Shown here in pieces: positions 1 to 11,200 of a stretch of 35,432 nt of DNA. Origin of the DNA: a virus (taxonomy: Duplodnaviria > Caudoviricetes); the IMG/VR virus record IMGVR_UViG_3300037991_001660, positions 1-35,432 of that record; one strand, written 5' to 3'. Each line of letters begins with the position of its first letter. Positions within the stretch are counted from its first letter, which is position 1. Position numbers and translations under genes: made by a program. Under the pieces are notes generated by a model. It was not told the origin of the DNA. It was given only the letters and a program-made list of their open reading frames with translations, and did no database searches.

Positions 1-1
1 A

Positions 2-187
2 TGCTTTAAAGCGGTCTACAGTGTTGTAAGTGTTATTTGCCGCAGTAGCTGACGTTGCTCTTTGCCAACATTGCATTTCGCCATTAGTAATAAAATTTCT
101 GTTACTCAGCGCACCTTCACTATTACTAACCGTATCGAGCCTAGCTGATACTGACCCAAAGTCTGCTATGTCTCTAGCTCTGCTCAT
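2..187 (-). CDS. Partial tail/adsorption protein (3' end outside window), paralog of 32276..33328
   Basis: Read by hand: ATG at 187 overlaps the upstream stop (TAATG); MSRARDIADFGSVSARLDTVSNSEGALSNRNFITNGEMQCWQR...DRFKA is open to the window edge. Confidence 0.85.
   Translation of the reverse strand, partial: MSRARDIADFGSVSARLDTVSNSEGALSNRNFITNGEMQCWQRATSATAANNTYNTVDRFKA
95..187. repeat. 93-nt direct repeat, copy 1 (copy 2 at 33236-33328)
   Basis: Hand alignment: 80/93 identical, no gaps, with perfect 21-nt and 27-nt blocks. Confidence 0.9.
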
Positions 188-1515
188 TATTCTGCCTCCA
201 GTGCTGCTACTTTGGTTTCGAGTGTTTCAATCTTGGCTATCGCTTCTTGCAGTGCAGCGGTAAGAAGTGGTACTAACTTGCTTTGGTCAATGCCTTGATA
301 TTCTGGGTTTCCATCTTCATCGACCTCATCATATGTACCAGTAACAGCTTCTGGTACTACGGTTGCAGCTTCGTGTGCTAAGAAACCATCTACATTTGCA
401 CTATCTTCTTTATCAGAAATCCAACTAAACCGTTTTGGTTTTAATGCTTTGACTCGTGTTATTGCGCTAGAAAGTGTTTCTAAATTTTCTTTTAACCTAT
501 AGTCACTAGAAGTGTTGTAAGCTGTTGCTGAACCACTTAAAGCAATAGTTCCTATTTTACCATTAGGGTTTCTAAATTGTACTATTTGAAAAGAGCTAGT
601 ACCAGACGCAACTGCATTATATTGTGAAGCGGAAAACGTATGTCCTGTTCCTTGTATAGTGCTTGTTCCAATTAATAAATGCCCTGTGTGGTCAATACGC
701 ATACGTTCTGAAGCATCTGCGCTTGCCCCACTTGTACCATCTACTGTTCCAAATACTATGTTGCCACCCCTAATTGTAGTAGGAAAAGAACCATTTGTAT
801 TTACATCAAGAACACGAACAAATGCACCAGTATTTACATTACCATCTCTAGTAACAAACTCAGAATCAAAACCACCAGAAATAACTTCATTAGCGTTTGC
901 CCTTGCAACCCCATGACCATAAGTAATTTTGTTTGCAGTTGTATTATCTGGTGGCACTATATGCACACGAGTTGAAGGAGAACTGGTTCCAATTCCTACG
1001 TTTTGCGCTGAGTCAATAGTCATGGCAGTAGTTGGACTAGAGCCATCAGAACCGTCATTAGTGCGAAAGATTAAATCACCTTTCTCATCATCCGCAGTGC
1101 CATCGTGACTAGCTTGTATCTCAGCCAATGTGCTAATCTCACCACCCGATTGCTCACCCTGATAAATAATCTTAGAAGCCCTGCCACCATCAGTATCTTG
1201 CTCAGTGTCATTCTTTAGCGTAACATTATTTTTTAAAGTAGTAGCACTAAATGTGCCACTCGATGTATCAAAGGTATCAAAGATAACTACATTAAGAACA
1301 TCATTAGCAGCAGCCGCAGTTGTAAGGACTACATCTGAACCATTACTAGCTGTAAAGTCTGTGCCATCTATTAGTTTAACACCATTAAGATATACATCTA
1401 TAAACCCAGCAGTATAGCCAATCGTAGGAAACGATGTTTGACTAGCGGTAGCCGTAAAGCTTTGCCTTGTCTGCGTACCCTGAGGTACTGGTATGTTACC
1501 TACATATCCAGCCAT
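187..1515 (-). CDS. Tail fibre/spike protein with C-terminal intramolecular chaperone (Peptidase S74-like)
   Basis: C-terminus SDYRLKEN...LKPKRFSW...GFLAHE...VPEAV...DQSKLVPLLTAALQE plus coiled coil; likely start MAGYVG at 1515. Confidence 0.85.
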   Translation of the reverse strand: MAGYVGNIPVPQGTQTRQSFTATASQTSFPTIGYTAGFIDVYLNGVKLIDGTDFTASNGSDVVLTTAAAANDVLNVVIFDTFDTSSGTFSATTLKNNVTLKNDTEQDTDGGRASKIIYQGEQSGGEISTLAEIQASHDGTADDEKGDLIFRTNDGSDGSSPTTAMTIDSAQNVGIGTSSPSTRVHIVPPDNTTANKITYGHGVARANANEVISGGFDSEFVTRDGNVNTGAFVRVLDVNTNGSFPTTIRGGNIVFGTVDGTSGASADASERMRIDHTGHLLIGTSTIQGTGHTFSASQYNAVASGTSSFQIVQFRNPNGKIGTIALSGSATAYNTSSDYRLKENLETLSSAITRVKALKPKRFSWISDKEDSANVDGFLAHEAATVVPEAVTGTYDEVDEDGNPEYQGIDQSKLVPLLTAALQEAIAKIETLETKVAALEAE

Positions 1516-1516
1516 G

Positions 1517-1849
1517 TTATTCACTTCCTTTCGGATATTTGTCTTTAATTGTTTTTATGTCAGACTTCCAAGCATCAATTCCTTCGTGATAAATTTTATC
1601 AAGCTGGTCAACTATTGATGGATATTCAGATACTCGCTTATCTACATAGCTAATGTCGGCTTCTATTTCTGACCGTGTTTTCTCACGTTTATTAGGCATT
1701 CCTTCTTCTATTGCCCCGTCACCGTCTGTCATAATGTCATAATCATCACTAACAGCTACAGGATTTGGGTAATCTTCAGCAAGTTTTGGATCTAAAATTT
1801 TAGTTCTTACATGAAGTCTACCGCTTTCTTGAAAGTATAAATACTGCAT
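1517..1849 (-). CDS. Tail fibre-associated (assembly chaperone-like) protein
   Basis: C-terminal YVDKRVSEYPSIVDQLDKIYHEGIDAWK..IK.KYPK motif of the kind seen in marine phage tail cassettes; lies between fibre genes. Confidence 0.6.
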   Translation of the reverse strand: MQYLYFQESGRLHVRTKILDPKLAEDYPNPVAVSDDYDIMTDGDGAIEEGMPNKREKTRSEIEADISYVDKRVSEYPSIVDQLDKIYHEGIDAWKSDIKTIKDKYPKGSE

Positions 1850-1859
1850 TTTATTTTTC

Positions 1860-3083
1860 CTATGTGTCTAACCTAGCCCAAGAACTCCAAGCTGCGTTAA
1901 AAGAGCGAACATAACTGGTCGTTGCTTGTAATTGTACAGCTATTTGAGTAACCACGTTTCCACTATTTCCAAAAATTACCATTGCAAAAAAAGTATTAGT
2001 TGCAGGTAAATTGCTTGCGTTCTGATCAAACCGATAAAAACCAGATGTTTTAAAATCATCAGCATCTCCTGAAGAAGTTACAGAGCCTCTTTCAGATCTA
2101 AAAATACCAGAAGAATGATCGGCAATATCGCTCAGAGCTTGAGTTTGTGCGACCCTAATATAGTTTGCGTGTACATTTATTAAAGGATTACCATCGCCAT
2201 CAGATAAGACAAGATTATTATTTGAAGTGCGAATGTCTAATCCGCCTTGATTACCGTTATAACGTCCAATTACAGTGTTCTTAGAGCCTGTTGACACAGC
2301 GTTACCCGCTTGTTGCCCTATGAAAGTATTATAACCTCCCGAAGTAGCACTAGATCCAGCAGCATCTCCTACAGAAGTACTATAATTAGCTGTATTATCC
2401 ATTCCAGCATAAGAACCAATAAATGTATTTTGTGTTCCAGTTACAGTATCAAATCCAGTTTCAATACCAAGACCTACATTTCTATTTTCAGTTGTAGCAT
2501 TAGCAAAAGAGTTTCTACCTACAGCAGTATTGTATCCACCACTTGTAATAGAACTTAAAGCACCACTTCCTATTGCTGTATTGTCACCAGCAGTATCACT
2601 TGCGTCTAAAGCTTGATGACCAATAGCTGTATTGTTATCTCCTGTCGTTAATGACGTTCCAGCATTTTTACCAATAACAACATTGTTATTTCCACCCGAA
2701 GCAATAGATGCCCCTGCACCTTCGCCTAAGTGTACATTATCTGTGCCTAAAGTAGCGGTAAGAATAGAGCCGTTAGAGTCAATCCTGACACGCTCCGTTG
2801 GGCTAGCACCATCAGAACCGTCATTAGTTCTGAATATCAAATCGCCTTTTTCATCATCAGCCGTACCATCATGGCTACCTTGAATTTCAGCTAATGTACT
2901 TTCTTCACCGCCAGACTGTTGACCTTTGAAAATAACTTTACCTTCACGCCCACCATCAGTGTCTTCATGAGTGTTGTTAATTATTGTTACTTCTGGTGTA
3001 GTATCAGTAGCTGTAACATCTTGAACATTAGCAACAGTAGTTGTTGATAAACTTCCAGCCCTTGCTCCTATATATCCACCCAT
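1860..3083 (-). CDS. Tail fibre protein with G/N/T-rich ~14-aa repeats (YadA-head-like beta-roll)
   Basis: Repeats NTAIGHQAL, NTAIGSGAL, NTAVGRNSF, NTFIGSYAG; C-terminal ...YVRSFNAAWSSWARL. Confidence 0.8.
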   Translation of the reverse strand: MGGYIGARAGSLSTTTVANVQDVTATDTTPEVTIINNTHEDTDGGREGKVIFKGQQSGGEESTLAEIQGSHDGTADDEKGDLIFRTNDGSDGASPTERVRIDSNGSILTATLGTDNVHLGEGAGASIASGGNNNVVIGKNAGTSLTTGDNNTAIGHQALDASDTAGDNTAIGSGALSSITSGGYNTAVGRNSFANATTENRNVGLGIETGFDTVTGTQNTFIGSYAGMDNTANYSTSVGDAAGSSATSGGYNTFIGQQAGNAVSTGSKNTVIGRYNGNQGGLDIRTSNNNLVLSDGDGNPLINVHANYIRVAQTQALSDIADHSSGIFRSERGSVTSSGDADDFKTSGFYRFDQNASNLPATNTFFAMVIFGNSGNVVTQIAVQLQATTSYVRSFNAAWSSWARLDT

Positions 3084-3436
3084 CAGGTTATCTCCATGTA
3101 CGACATTGTAACTGAAAGCTTATCAGCAACGCTACAATCAACCTTTATAATATCGCCAACATTCATATTTATTTTTCCTTCAAGCGGCGAAAGCATTGAG
3201 CCAGAAGGAATAGCAACATCTTTAATTAAATGTGCTGTAGTATTCTGCGTCTGTCCTGTTTGCGTTGTTGTACTTACTAAAGTTACAGATGCTGTAACCT
3301 GAGAGGTATGAACATTAGCTAGTGTTAAACCAAGCATTACAATCGTGCTGCCTGTTTGTACTGTGTATATAGTTTCAGGACTACCAGCAGAGGCTGGCGC
3401 AAGATCCCTTGTAACTAATTTAAACGTATTTGCCAT
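3083..3436 (-). CDS. Small beta-rich tail adaptor-like protein (MANTFK N-terminus)
   Basis: 117 aa, beta-rich, directly follows the ...AIALGG fibre gene. Confidence 0.6.
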   Translation of the reverse strand: MANTFKLVTRDLAPASAGSPETIYTVQTGSTIVMLGLTLANVHTSQVTASVTLVSTTTQTGQTQNTTAHLIKDVAIPSGSMLSPLEGKINMNVGDIIKVDCSVADKLSVTMSYMEIT

Positions 3437-3437
3437 A

Positions 3438-4373
3438 TTAGCCTCCTAAAGCTATCGCTAATGCAGTCGCCTCGTCTACCGTTGCTTTCTGCGAGATTGT
3501 GGAAATGTTAGCTGCTACAATATTTGTGTTAGCAGTATTGTCAGCAACAGCAGTTATGTTAGCAGCAATAGGTGCTAAATCATTCATATCACTAACTATC
3601 TGAGCAGTGCCTAAAGTATTCATATCAGCAATAGCATCAGCAGTGCCAAGCAAACCAATTTGCGTAGCTTTAGCAGCTACTGCACCTATATCCGTAGCGT
3701 CAGCCGCAACAGCATTTATATTTGTTGCGTTACCAGCCACAGCAGTTACGTTACTAGCAATACCAGCTACTGTGGTTACATTGCTGGCAATAGCAGCTAC
3801 TGATTGTATTGCGTCAGTTGCATCTGTACCGTCTTCGATGTCACCCAAGGTAGCAATGTCAGCAGTAACTTGAGCTAGAGTTTCAACGTCAGCAATGAGT
3901 GGCCCATTTTCCATTGCACCAGTAGTTGCATTAAAACCAAGGACTCGGCCTTTCCTCGTTGACAAGCTAGGAAGAGTTAAGGTTGGAGCATTTTCGCTGT
4001 CAGGAACTCGTATGCCTCTTTCAGATCTGTCTTTATTATCGCTAGCAATAGCTGTTAGTGTGTCAAGTTGTGTGTTTAAAGCTGCTCGATTGATTGCTTG
4101 ACCTGCACTAAAGTCTGTAACTCTTTCTATATCTATTCTTCGAGTAATAGTAACTGCATCATTTAGTGTAAGACCAGATCCAAATGTAACAGTGCCAGTT
4201 GAGCCATCACCACCAGAAACAGTATAATGAGTAGTAATAGTTTTCTGTACATCATTTACATACACATCAAGATCTGAATTATCAAAAAACTCAAACGATA
4301 CAGTAAATGCTGTTTGCCCAGCCGTTGCGGTAAAGTGTAACCGACCAGTATTTGCTGAAGAAGCTATAGACAT
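3438..4373 (-). CDS. Proximal tail fibre with T7 gp17-like N-terminal attachment domain
   Basis: FTATAGQTAFTVSFEFFDNSDLDVYVN...DF..G..I....LN..LD; Ala-rich repeat shaft; follows the ejection proteins. Confidence 0.8.
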   Translation of the reverse strand: MSIASSANTGRLHFTATAGQTAFTVSFEFFDNSDLDVYVNDVQKTITTHYTVSGGDGSTGTVTFGSGLTLNDAVTITRRIDIERVTDFSAGQAINRAALNTQLDTLTAIASDNKDRSERGIRVPDSENAPTLTLPSLSTRKGRVLGFNATTGAMENGPLIADVETLAQVTADIATLGDIEDGTDATDAIQSVAAIASNVTTVAGIASNVTAVAGNATNINAVAADATDIGAVAAKATQIGLLGTADAIADMNTLGTAQIVSDMNDLAPIAANITAVADNTANTNIVAANISTISQKATVDEATALAIALGG

Positions 4374-4417
4374 AATTAATCCTTTTTTCTTTTATTGGCT
4401 TAAAATTAAAAAAAGTA

Positions 4418-4428
4418 CAACGCACAAA
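4418..4428 (-). promoter_or_regulatory. Late promoter motif TTTGTGCGTTG (tail fibre operon)
   Basis: Exact 11-mer, intergenic, 45 nt upstream of ATG 4373. Confidence 0.7.
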
Positions 4429-4442
4429 TAAACTAGGACAAA

Positions 4443-7400
4443 TTACTGCGCCCACATTCTTGTAATTGCATTCATGTCGTCTTTCCAAAACCACATTCGA
4501 GCAAACGGTAAGTTACGAACTACCTGTTTTGCACCCTCACCATAATTACCAGAAGCAAAATCAACAACACCTCTACTTATATCAGTAGCTATAGATGGGC
4601 CAGCACCAGCAACATTTGTTATTGCATCCATAGTATTTGGTTCTTGGGGAAACTTAGGGGCAAGAATACCATTAGATATATTTGGCCCACCAAGAGCTAA
4701 TGAAGTATGCATCGACTGATAAAACAAATCACTATACAAAGCGGTAATACCACTAGCATCCCATGCTCGAGCAATCCTATCTTGCGCTGACATATCTTCC
4801 CAAGCAAATTCTGCACCAGATAAAGAGTACCTTAATTTAACTGATAGATAACCAAGACCAAGCATTGTTGTTAAACCAATAGCTCTATTCTTCAATTGAC
4901 CATGAGCCATAGCCCCAACCATTTTATTTACGTTGGCAAATGTATAGCTATAAAATTGAAACGGTAATGCTAACAAACCATTTTCTATTCTAGCATAACC
5001 TTTAACTGTTTTATCTTCTTTGTATCCAAAGTTTTTAGCAATATGATAAGGCACAAAAACAACGCCATCATTTATTATTGGTCTATCTGCTGGGGTTGCA
5101 GCAAGAATAGTATTTAATACACCAGAGTTCATTGCAGATCTAAATGTATCTACTGTTTCCTGTTGAACAACAGACTGTCGTTTGTACTCTTCTAATGCTA
5201 ATTTATTAATTCTATTTTCATATTGTGCAGTAGTCTCTTTAGGTTTTCTTGCAAATCTTGTGTGCATAATTTCATGCAACATTACAAAGTTTGACCAATC
5301 TTTTGGTGACTCAAACATATCAGGTAAAGCTTTAACACCTTTTACTTTAGGAGATAGCCATGCTTTTTCATCAAACTGTGTAGTCTCAATGTATTCTCTA
5401 TCAAATTTAATTGTATTTGTTTTAGCATTGTAAGAAGCAGGGACATATCTTTCACCTCTGCTTATACCTACTGGACTACCATCTTCATTAGATTCAATAA
5501 CTTTAACAGTTTTACCTTCTATTTCAGGTATTAAAAAACTTGTTGACCACTCATCTGTATTAGCAACATACAAACCACCTTGAGTTTCTTGCCAAGGTGC
5601 TCTAGCTATTTCTTTTGCTTTTGCTTGATCAATGCCATATCTAGCTAACCATTCTACTTCAAATGGAGTTGCTTTATTTTTACTTAACTTAATAGATCTT
5701 TCTATAATTGTATGACCTCGAGCAATACCATCAAGCGTTTTACTTAGCTGTGTTATTGGGCCAAGACCATTTAATGTATAAAAAGCATTTCTTGCTTTAT
5801 TCCAAAACTCAGGTGCATCAACATTATTAGCCATATCATCAACTAATCGAGCAAACGCACTACCTTTTAGAATATCAATAGCCTCACCAGAAAGCCTAAC
5901 TTCTTTTGCGCTTTTCATTCTAATGTCTTTATCAAGAATTGCTTGAATTGCTTTGATCATAACATTGCCATCATGTTCCATAATAACACGACCAAACTCA
6001 GGAATAGCAGCTACAAAACCAGATCCCATATAGTTAGTAGCAGCAGCTTCTTTCATAACGTAAGCAATTCTTTGACTCATAGCAGATGGATTTCTTAAAT
6101 CCGAAATAAAATTTTTAGATGGATTTCTAAGAACAGCACCAGCAATACGATCATGCATAATATGAAAATCTCTCATATGCTTTCGCATTTCTTTTTCGCT
6201 TATATTTTTATTAATCATTTCGCGCTCAAGCCTAAATACAACATCTTCAAAATCAGCACCAAACTGTCTTCTAAACTCTAATTTAGGAGCAACCCTAGCT
6301 GTATATGTTTTCATTATTGCAAGCGGATCTTGCATAATAAAATCCCAAACCAATTCATTTGGAATATCTAACTTACGATGTCTAAAATGTTTTGAGCGAC
6401 CATAACCAAAACCAATATTTGCTTCATTAGTTGGGTCTGCTTCATTAAGAATATTATCTATAGTACTCTTAACTCGTTTAGCTATAGAAGTTTCATCTTT
6501 AGGCAATACTTTCTTTTTCCATTTACCTTTTTTAAATTGCCATATTGTATTATTTTTATAATACCAGTTACTAAGTATTTCTTCAAATCTTCTTCTATCT
6601 TTTCTAATTGCATCTTCATTCCAAAAACGCGGCAAAAATTTATCATTAGAAAGTTTTGCAGTATCATCAAATGCAGCTAATGAAAGCTCTAACTCTTCTC
6701 GTTGCCTTCCTAAAAAATTTACCCTACCTTCTAATCGTCTTTTTATTCTGGCATTTTTAGCTTTGCTAATATCATCAGTTAAACTTTCTATAGTTCTTTT
6801 GACATAAGCCAATTCATCAGCAATACCTTTTTTAGTTCCAATTAAACCAGCATCCTCAAGTTCACGTTCAGCTTTTTTAAAAAAGTCATCAATAACACCA
6901 ATAGCTCTTTTCTCTACCTCTGAAAGCTTTTCTGCTCTTGTTGTTCTCTTTTCATTAATGCCCCTTAACCAGCTTCCATAACTATCATCGCGCCTCATAA
7001 CACTTCGATAAGATTGAACAACATCAACATCCATAACAGCAGTATTTGCTAAATTCATATCCTCACGAAATAAATTAATTAATGAGTCATGCGCTCTTAC
7101 CCATTCACCATTACGAGCAGCAGCTCTTTGATAAACAGATAACGGACTAGCAACGCCTAATGTGTTTGCAATAAGTTTAAGACCAGAATCACCACCCAAC
7201 TTAACCATGTATTCTTTTACCAAAGAAGGGGCGGTTGTAGATTGAAGAACCCTTTTCATAGGTGTGCTTACAAATTTATAAAGAACACTATCAGTAAACA
7301 TATTATCAGCAATAGACCAAAGGTTTTCTGGTGTATAACCTTGCTCAAGTAGCTCTCTAATAGCAGCTTCTTTTTTATAACTTGCTAGCTCTTGTTTAAC

Positions 7401-8225
7401 AACTTGAAGCTCTTCATTTAACGCAGAGCCTTGGCCTTTTTTTTGTTGCTGTAACTGAGAATTAAGGTCAGCTTCTTTTGCTGATAGTTTATTTATTCTT
7501 GATGTTATTGTTCTTGGTTTAAAACGCTCATGAGGTCTTGGTACTGTATTAAGATTATTAAGTTCATCTGCTGTAAGCTCAGAAATGTTTTCAATAGTTC
7601 TTACACTCTTACCATAGTTCTCTAAACCATCTCTAACTTTTCTAAGAGCAGAAGCTCTACGAGTTATTGGAATAGATATAGCACCACCAAAAGCAGCACC
7701 AAATAAACCAGCACCTATAATGTTATAAGTACTTTCTGTAGCTGTCTGCATTGGATCAAATGGTTGTATTAACAAACCTTCAGCACCAGTTTGCAAAGCA
7801 GCAGTACCCATACCAACACGAAATGCACTTCGACCAAAACCAACAGTCGGACCACCAAAAGGAAGCGCAACTAAATTTAATGGGTCAAACAAACCAGCAC
7901 CAAGCTGAGAAAGAAAAGATGAATTAGCTAGTATTCTTCTTCTTTCTATTGACTCATCAATACCTCTTTTTAAATGAGCCATATGTGCTGGGCTAGTTGC
8001 ATGACGTAAATTCATAGCAAACAAACGATGATCACCTAGATCTGCAAATGGATCATAACCTTCTTGTCTTTCTCTAGGAAAAGTATGCTGTCCTTTAATA
8101 TGCTCGATTATTGGATCATAAGTATATCCTATTGTGGCTTCGAGCGTTTGCCTAAAAGATGGGCGGTCAGCAGTTTGTCTTGGTGAATAAGGACTAAAGT
8201 CTATTGTGAAAGGATTTGTAACCAT
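4443..8225 (-). CDS. Large internal virion/ejection protein (T7 gp16-like position) containing an HExxH domain
   Basis: 1260 aa; last gene before the tail fibre; C-terminal QFYSY, AGPS, RNLPF motifs; HEIMH at 5262-5276. Confidence 0.7.
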   Translation of the reverse strand: MVTNPFTIDFSPYSPRQTADRPSFRQTLEATIGYTYDPIIEHIKGQHTFPRERQEGYDPFADLGDHRLFAMNLRHATSPAHMAHLKRGIDESIERRRILANSSFLSQLGAGLFDPLNLVALPFGGPTVGFGRSAFRVGMGTAALQTGAEGLLIQPFDPMQTATESTYNIIGAGLFGAAFGGAISIPITRRASALRKVRDGLENYGKSVRTIENISELTADELNNLNTVPRPHERFKPRTITSRINKLSAKEADLNSQLQQQKKGQGSALNEELQVVKQELASYKKEAAIRELLEQGYTPENLWSIADNMFTDSVLYKFVSTPMKRVLQSTTAPSLVKEYMVKLGGDSGLKLIANTLGVASPLSVYQRAAARNGEWVRAHDSLINLFREDMNLANTAVMDVDVVQSYRSVMRRDDSYGSWLRGINEKRTTRAEKLSEVEKRAIGVIDDFFKKAERELEDAGLIGTKKGIADELAYVKRTIESLTDDISKAKNARIKRRLEGRVNFLGRQREELELSLAAFDDTAKLSNDKFLPRFWNEDAIRKDRRRFEEILSNWYYKNNTIWQFKKGKWKKKVLPKDETSIAKRVKSTIDNILNEADPTNEANIGFGYGRSKHFRHRKLDIPNELVWDFIMQDPLAIMKTYTARVAPKLEFRRQFGADFEDVVFRLEREMINKNISEKEMRKHMRDFHIMHDRIAGAVLRNPSKNFISDLRNPSAMSQRIAYVMKEAAATNYMGSGFVAAIPEFGRVIMEHDGNVMIKAIQAILDKDIRMKSAKEVRLSGEAIDILKGSAFARLVDDMANNVDAPEFWNKARNAFYTLNGLGPITQLSKTLDGIARGHTIIERSIKLSKNKATPFEVEWLARYGIDQAKAKEIARAPWQETQGGLYVANTDEWSTSFLIPEIEGKTVKVIESNEDGSPVGISRGERYVPASYNAKTNTIKFDREYIETTQFDEKAWLSPKVKGVKALPDMFESPKDWSNFVMLHEIMHTRFARKPKETTAQYENRINKLALEEYKRQSVVQQETVDTFRSAMNSGVLNTILAATPADRPIINDGVVFVPYHIAKNFGYKEDKTVKGYARIENGLLALPFQFYSYTFANVNKMVGAMAHGQLKNRAIGLTTMLGLGYLSVKLRYSLSGAEFAWEDMSAQDRIARAWDASGITALYSDLFYQSMHTSLALGGPNISNGILAPKFPQEPNTMDAITNVAGAGPSIATDISRGVVDFASGNYGEGAKQVVRNLPFARMWFWKDDMNAITRMWAQ

Positions 8226-11200
8226 TATCTTTGAAACTCTAAGAGCATATCCCTTATTGATTTATATTCTTCATCCATTATATCTTTGTTGTTTCTCTTA
8301 GCTTCTTTTTTAAGTTCAACTAATAATCGACCAGCAAACTTTCTTCTATCTGAATTAGATAATGTTGTTGGGTCTTGTTCAAACAAAGCTTCATAAGCTT
8401 CAATATATTTTTCTTGTTGATATCTTTGAGACTTCTTAACATCAGTATAAACTTCATTTAGTATTGTCTGGAATACAGTTTTAGCTTCTGGTGTTTGCTC
8501 TGATGCTTTTGTTACTCTTGTAATAATTTCTGGTGAAACAGGCTCTTCTTTCTGAGCATTTTTTATACTCTTTTCTCTAGCTTCTCTTTCTGCTTCTTCT
8601 TCTAAAATTTCTTGTTTGTTTGCTAAATACTTTATAAACATAGGGTCTTTTGTAGAAACAAACACAGCATGATTTACAGCCTCACCATCTTCACCAATTG
8701 TTTCCATTTGGTAAGCAACATTATTCTCATCTACTAGAGCATACGCTTGACCCTTTGTTTGAGTATCGTATCCAACAGCAACAAAGTTAACCTGACTAAT
8801 TTCTTTACCTTCAATAAAGCCTTCTGGTGTAACAACACCTTCTCTTTTAAGAACTCTACCTAGCTCCATCCTAGACCATAAAGCAAAATCATCGCCATTA
8901 CCTTCAGTCGTAATGTCTAAAGCAAACGGAGAAAGATCTGAACTTGTGCCAAATGTTCTTACCCTTACATCTTCTTTAGCTGTTGCTTTAAGAACATCTT
9001 GTGAAATTTTTTGCGGATTAAATGTTTCGCCTGTTGCTTGTGCAGTTGCAAAACCAGCGCGTAGACCAGCAGCTACTCTTTCAGCAGTTTCTGTATCAGT
9101 AATTTTTAATTCTCTATAAACATAAGCTATAGCATTAGGAGAGGCTGTACCATCATCAAGAGGAAGTGAACTTAAAAATAAAGACCTAAAGTTATCATCG
9201 GTCATAATTCTTAAAGTATCTTTGGCTACTGTTGTTAGTGCAGCATCTCTTGCTCGATCATCTAGTGCTGGATCTATATCCATCTCAGCAATAACAAGCG
9301 CATCAAGAACAGCTTTTTCTTCTTTAGTTAAAGCAGCATCTAAACCAAAAGAAGGAAAGCTAACTCCAGTCACAGGATTTTTTGGATTACCAATAGCTCT
9401 ATAAAAACGTAATACTCTACTTAAAGATCTATTAGGCTTAGCAAATCCTCCCTGACTAGCTGCTTGTTTTAGTACATTAATAATAGCTTGCGGTGGAACT
9501 TTGTGATACTTCTGAAGCTCCATTGTAAAGTTTTGAATCTTTTCAAAGTTTTCTTCTGTTAACGGTATATTTGGATTAGCAATAAAATCAGCAAGATCTT
9601 TATATCCCTCTGGAATATTTCCTTCAAAATAATCTCCAACTATTAATCTGTTTTTTTCTTTATTTTCTGTAGTACCTGTTACAGCACCTTCAAGAGTAGC
9701 GATTCTTTCAGCTTCTACTTTTGCGGCTTCTAACTGTTCACCAATTGATATTTTTTTAGTATTACTAGCTGTATTAAGAGCAGCCTGACCTAAATGTTTT
9801 CTAGCAGCATCTAGCATACCTTTTTGTGCATCTGATAATGGAGAAGGAACACCAGTATCTGTTGGCCTTTCTTTTCCATTTTTTGCATAAAAATCAAGAG
9901 CAGCTAATAAACCTTCACTATTTACTCCAGAATAAACTTGCCGAACAAAATCATTACCAAACTTTGCATCTAATTGTAATAATAAAGCTCTTTGCTGTTC
10001 ATCATTAATATCAGCAGATCTAATTTCGTCTATTAAATCTTGACCTACATTTGTATAATTATTTCCTTCAGTAAGTATATCTACAGTATTTTTTATCTTA
10101 TCTTCTATTAATACAGAGTTATTATATTGTTCTTTAATCTGATTATGTCTTTTTACATCAGTTATTCCATTCATTGCTGTTACAAGTTTTCCAGTAAAAT
10201 CAGACCCATCCATTCCCAAATCATCCTCAAACTTAAGAAGTGATTGGAGCATATTACCAACACTAGGATTTTGACTTTTTATTTTTGCTAACAGCTCTGG
10301 ATTACGACCAGCAAGATAAGTTTCTATATCTCTAAAATCATCAAAGTCTGCTTCAGCTACTATTTTACCTATTACTGCATCAGCAGCACCTTTAGCAAAT
10401 TTCTCATCTCTTAGTAAATTTGCATTAGCATCTTCTATAGGTATTCCAGTTCCAACAGCATTATTTCTTGCAAACATATTATTTGTATATGAGAGTGAAA
10501 TATTTGCTAAAAGACCAGTAAGCTCTGAATCAGTAGCATTTCTAATTTCAGACTGTAAATATTGAGGACTAATTATTGCTGCTTCTGTTATTTTTTTAAT
10601 TCTTTCAACACTAGATTGAAATAATTGATTTTTTTCTGCTGTTGCAAGAATAGGTAAAGTAAATTCTTGAATTGCATTCATTACAGACGGTCTATCGTCA
10701 TTCATAAAAATAACCCAGACTAGATCTTCTAATTCTTTTTTATCTGGAATTAAATTATGATCCCCTGAAGCAACAGCTAAAGACAACTGTCTTATTTCAT
10801 TAATGGTTAAATTTGAATTTTGAAGAGTTCTTTCTATTATACCTTTAGACTTTGCTATTTCTTTTAGTTTGGGAAGAGGAAGAAGATCAGATGATCTAAT
10901 ATACTCAGCATCTAAATCAGTTTGATTTCTTTCGTTTATCTTAGCTGTTAATTTATCAATAAGTTCTTTTTTATTTACTTTATAAGCATACTGTAAACCT
11001 ATTAAATATTCTTTGTTTGCAAAAGCATTAGCGTTAGCCATGTCTTTGTCATGCTCGGCAAGAGCTTCAAGCTGCAAAGCAGCATAAACATTATTAGCTG
11101 TATTTGTTCCCTTATTTTCTATTGCTTGAGTAAAGATTGAACTTTGTTCAACATTCATCATTTCTGCTGTATAATCCAGCATAGCTTTCTTAAAAGCTTC

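Noticed and set aside
2270-2700. Periodic DNA repeats suggesting a CRISPR array or VNTR
   Set aside because: Degenerate codon-level echo of 14-aa fibre repeats; no identical repeats with spacers
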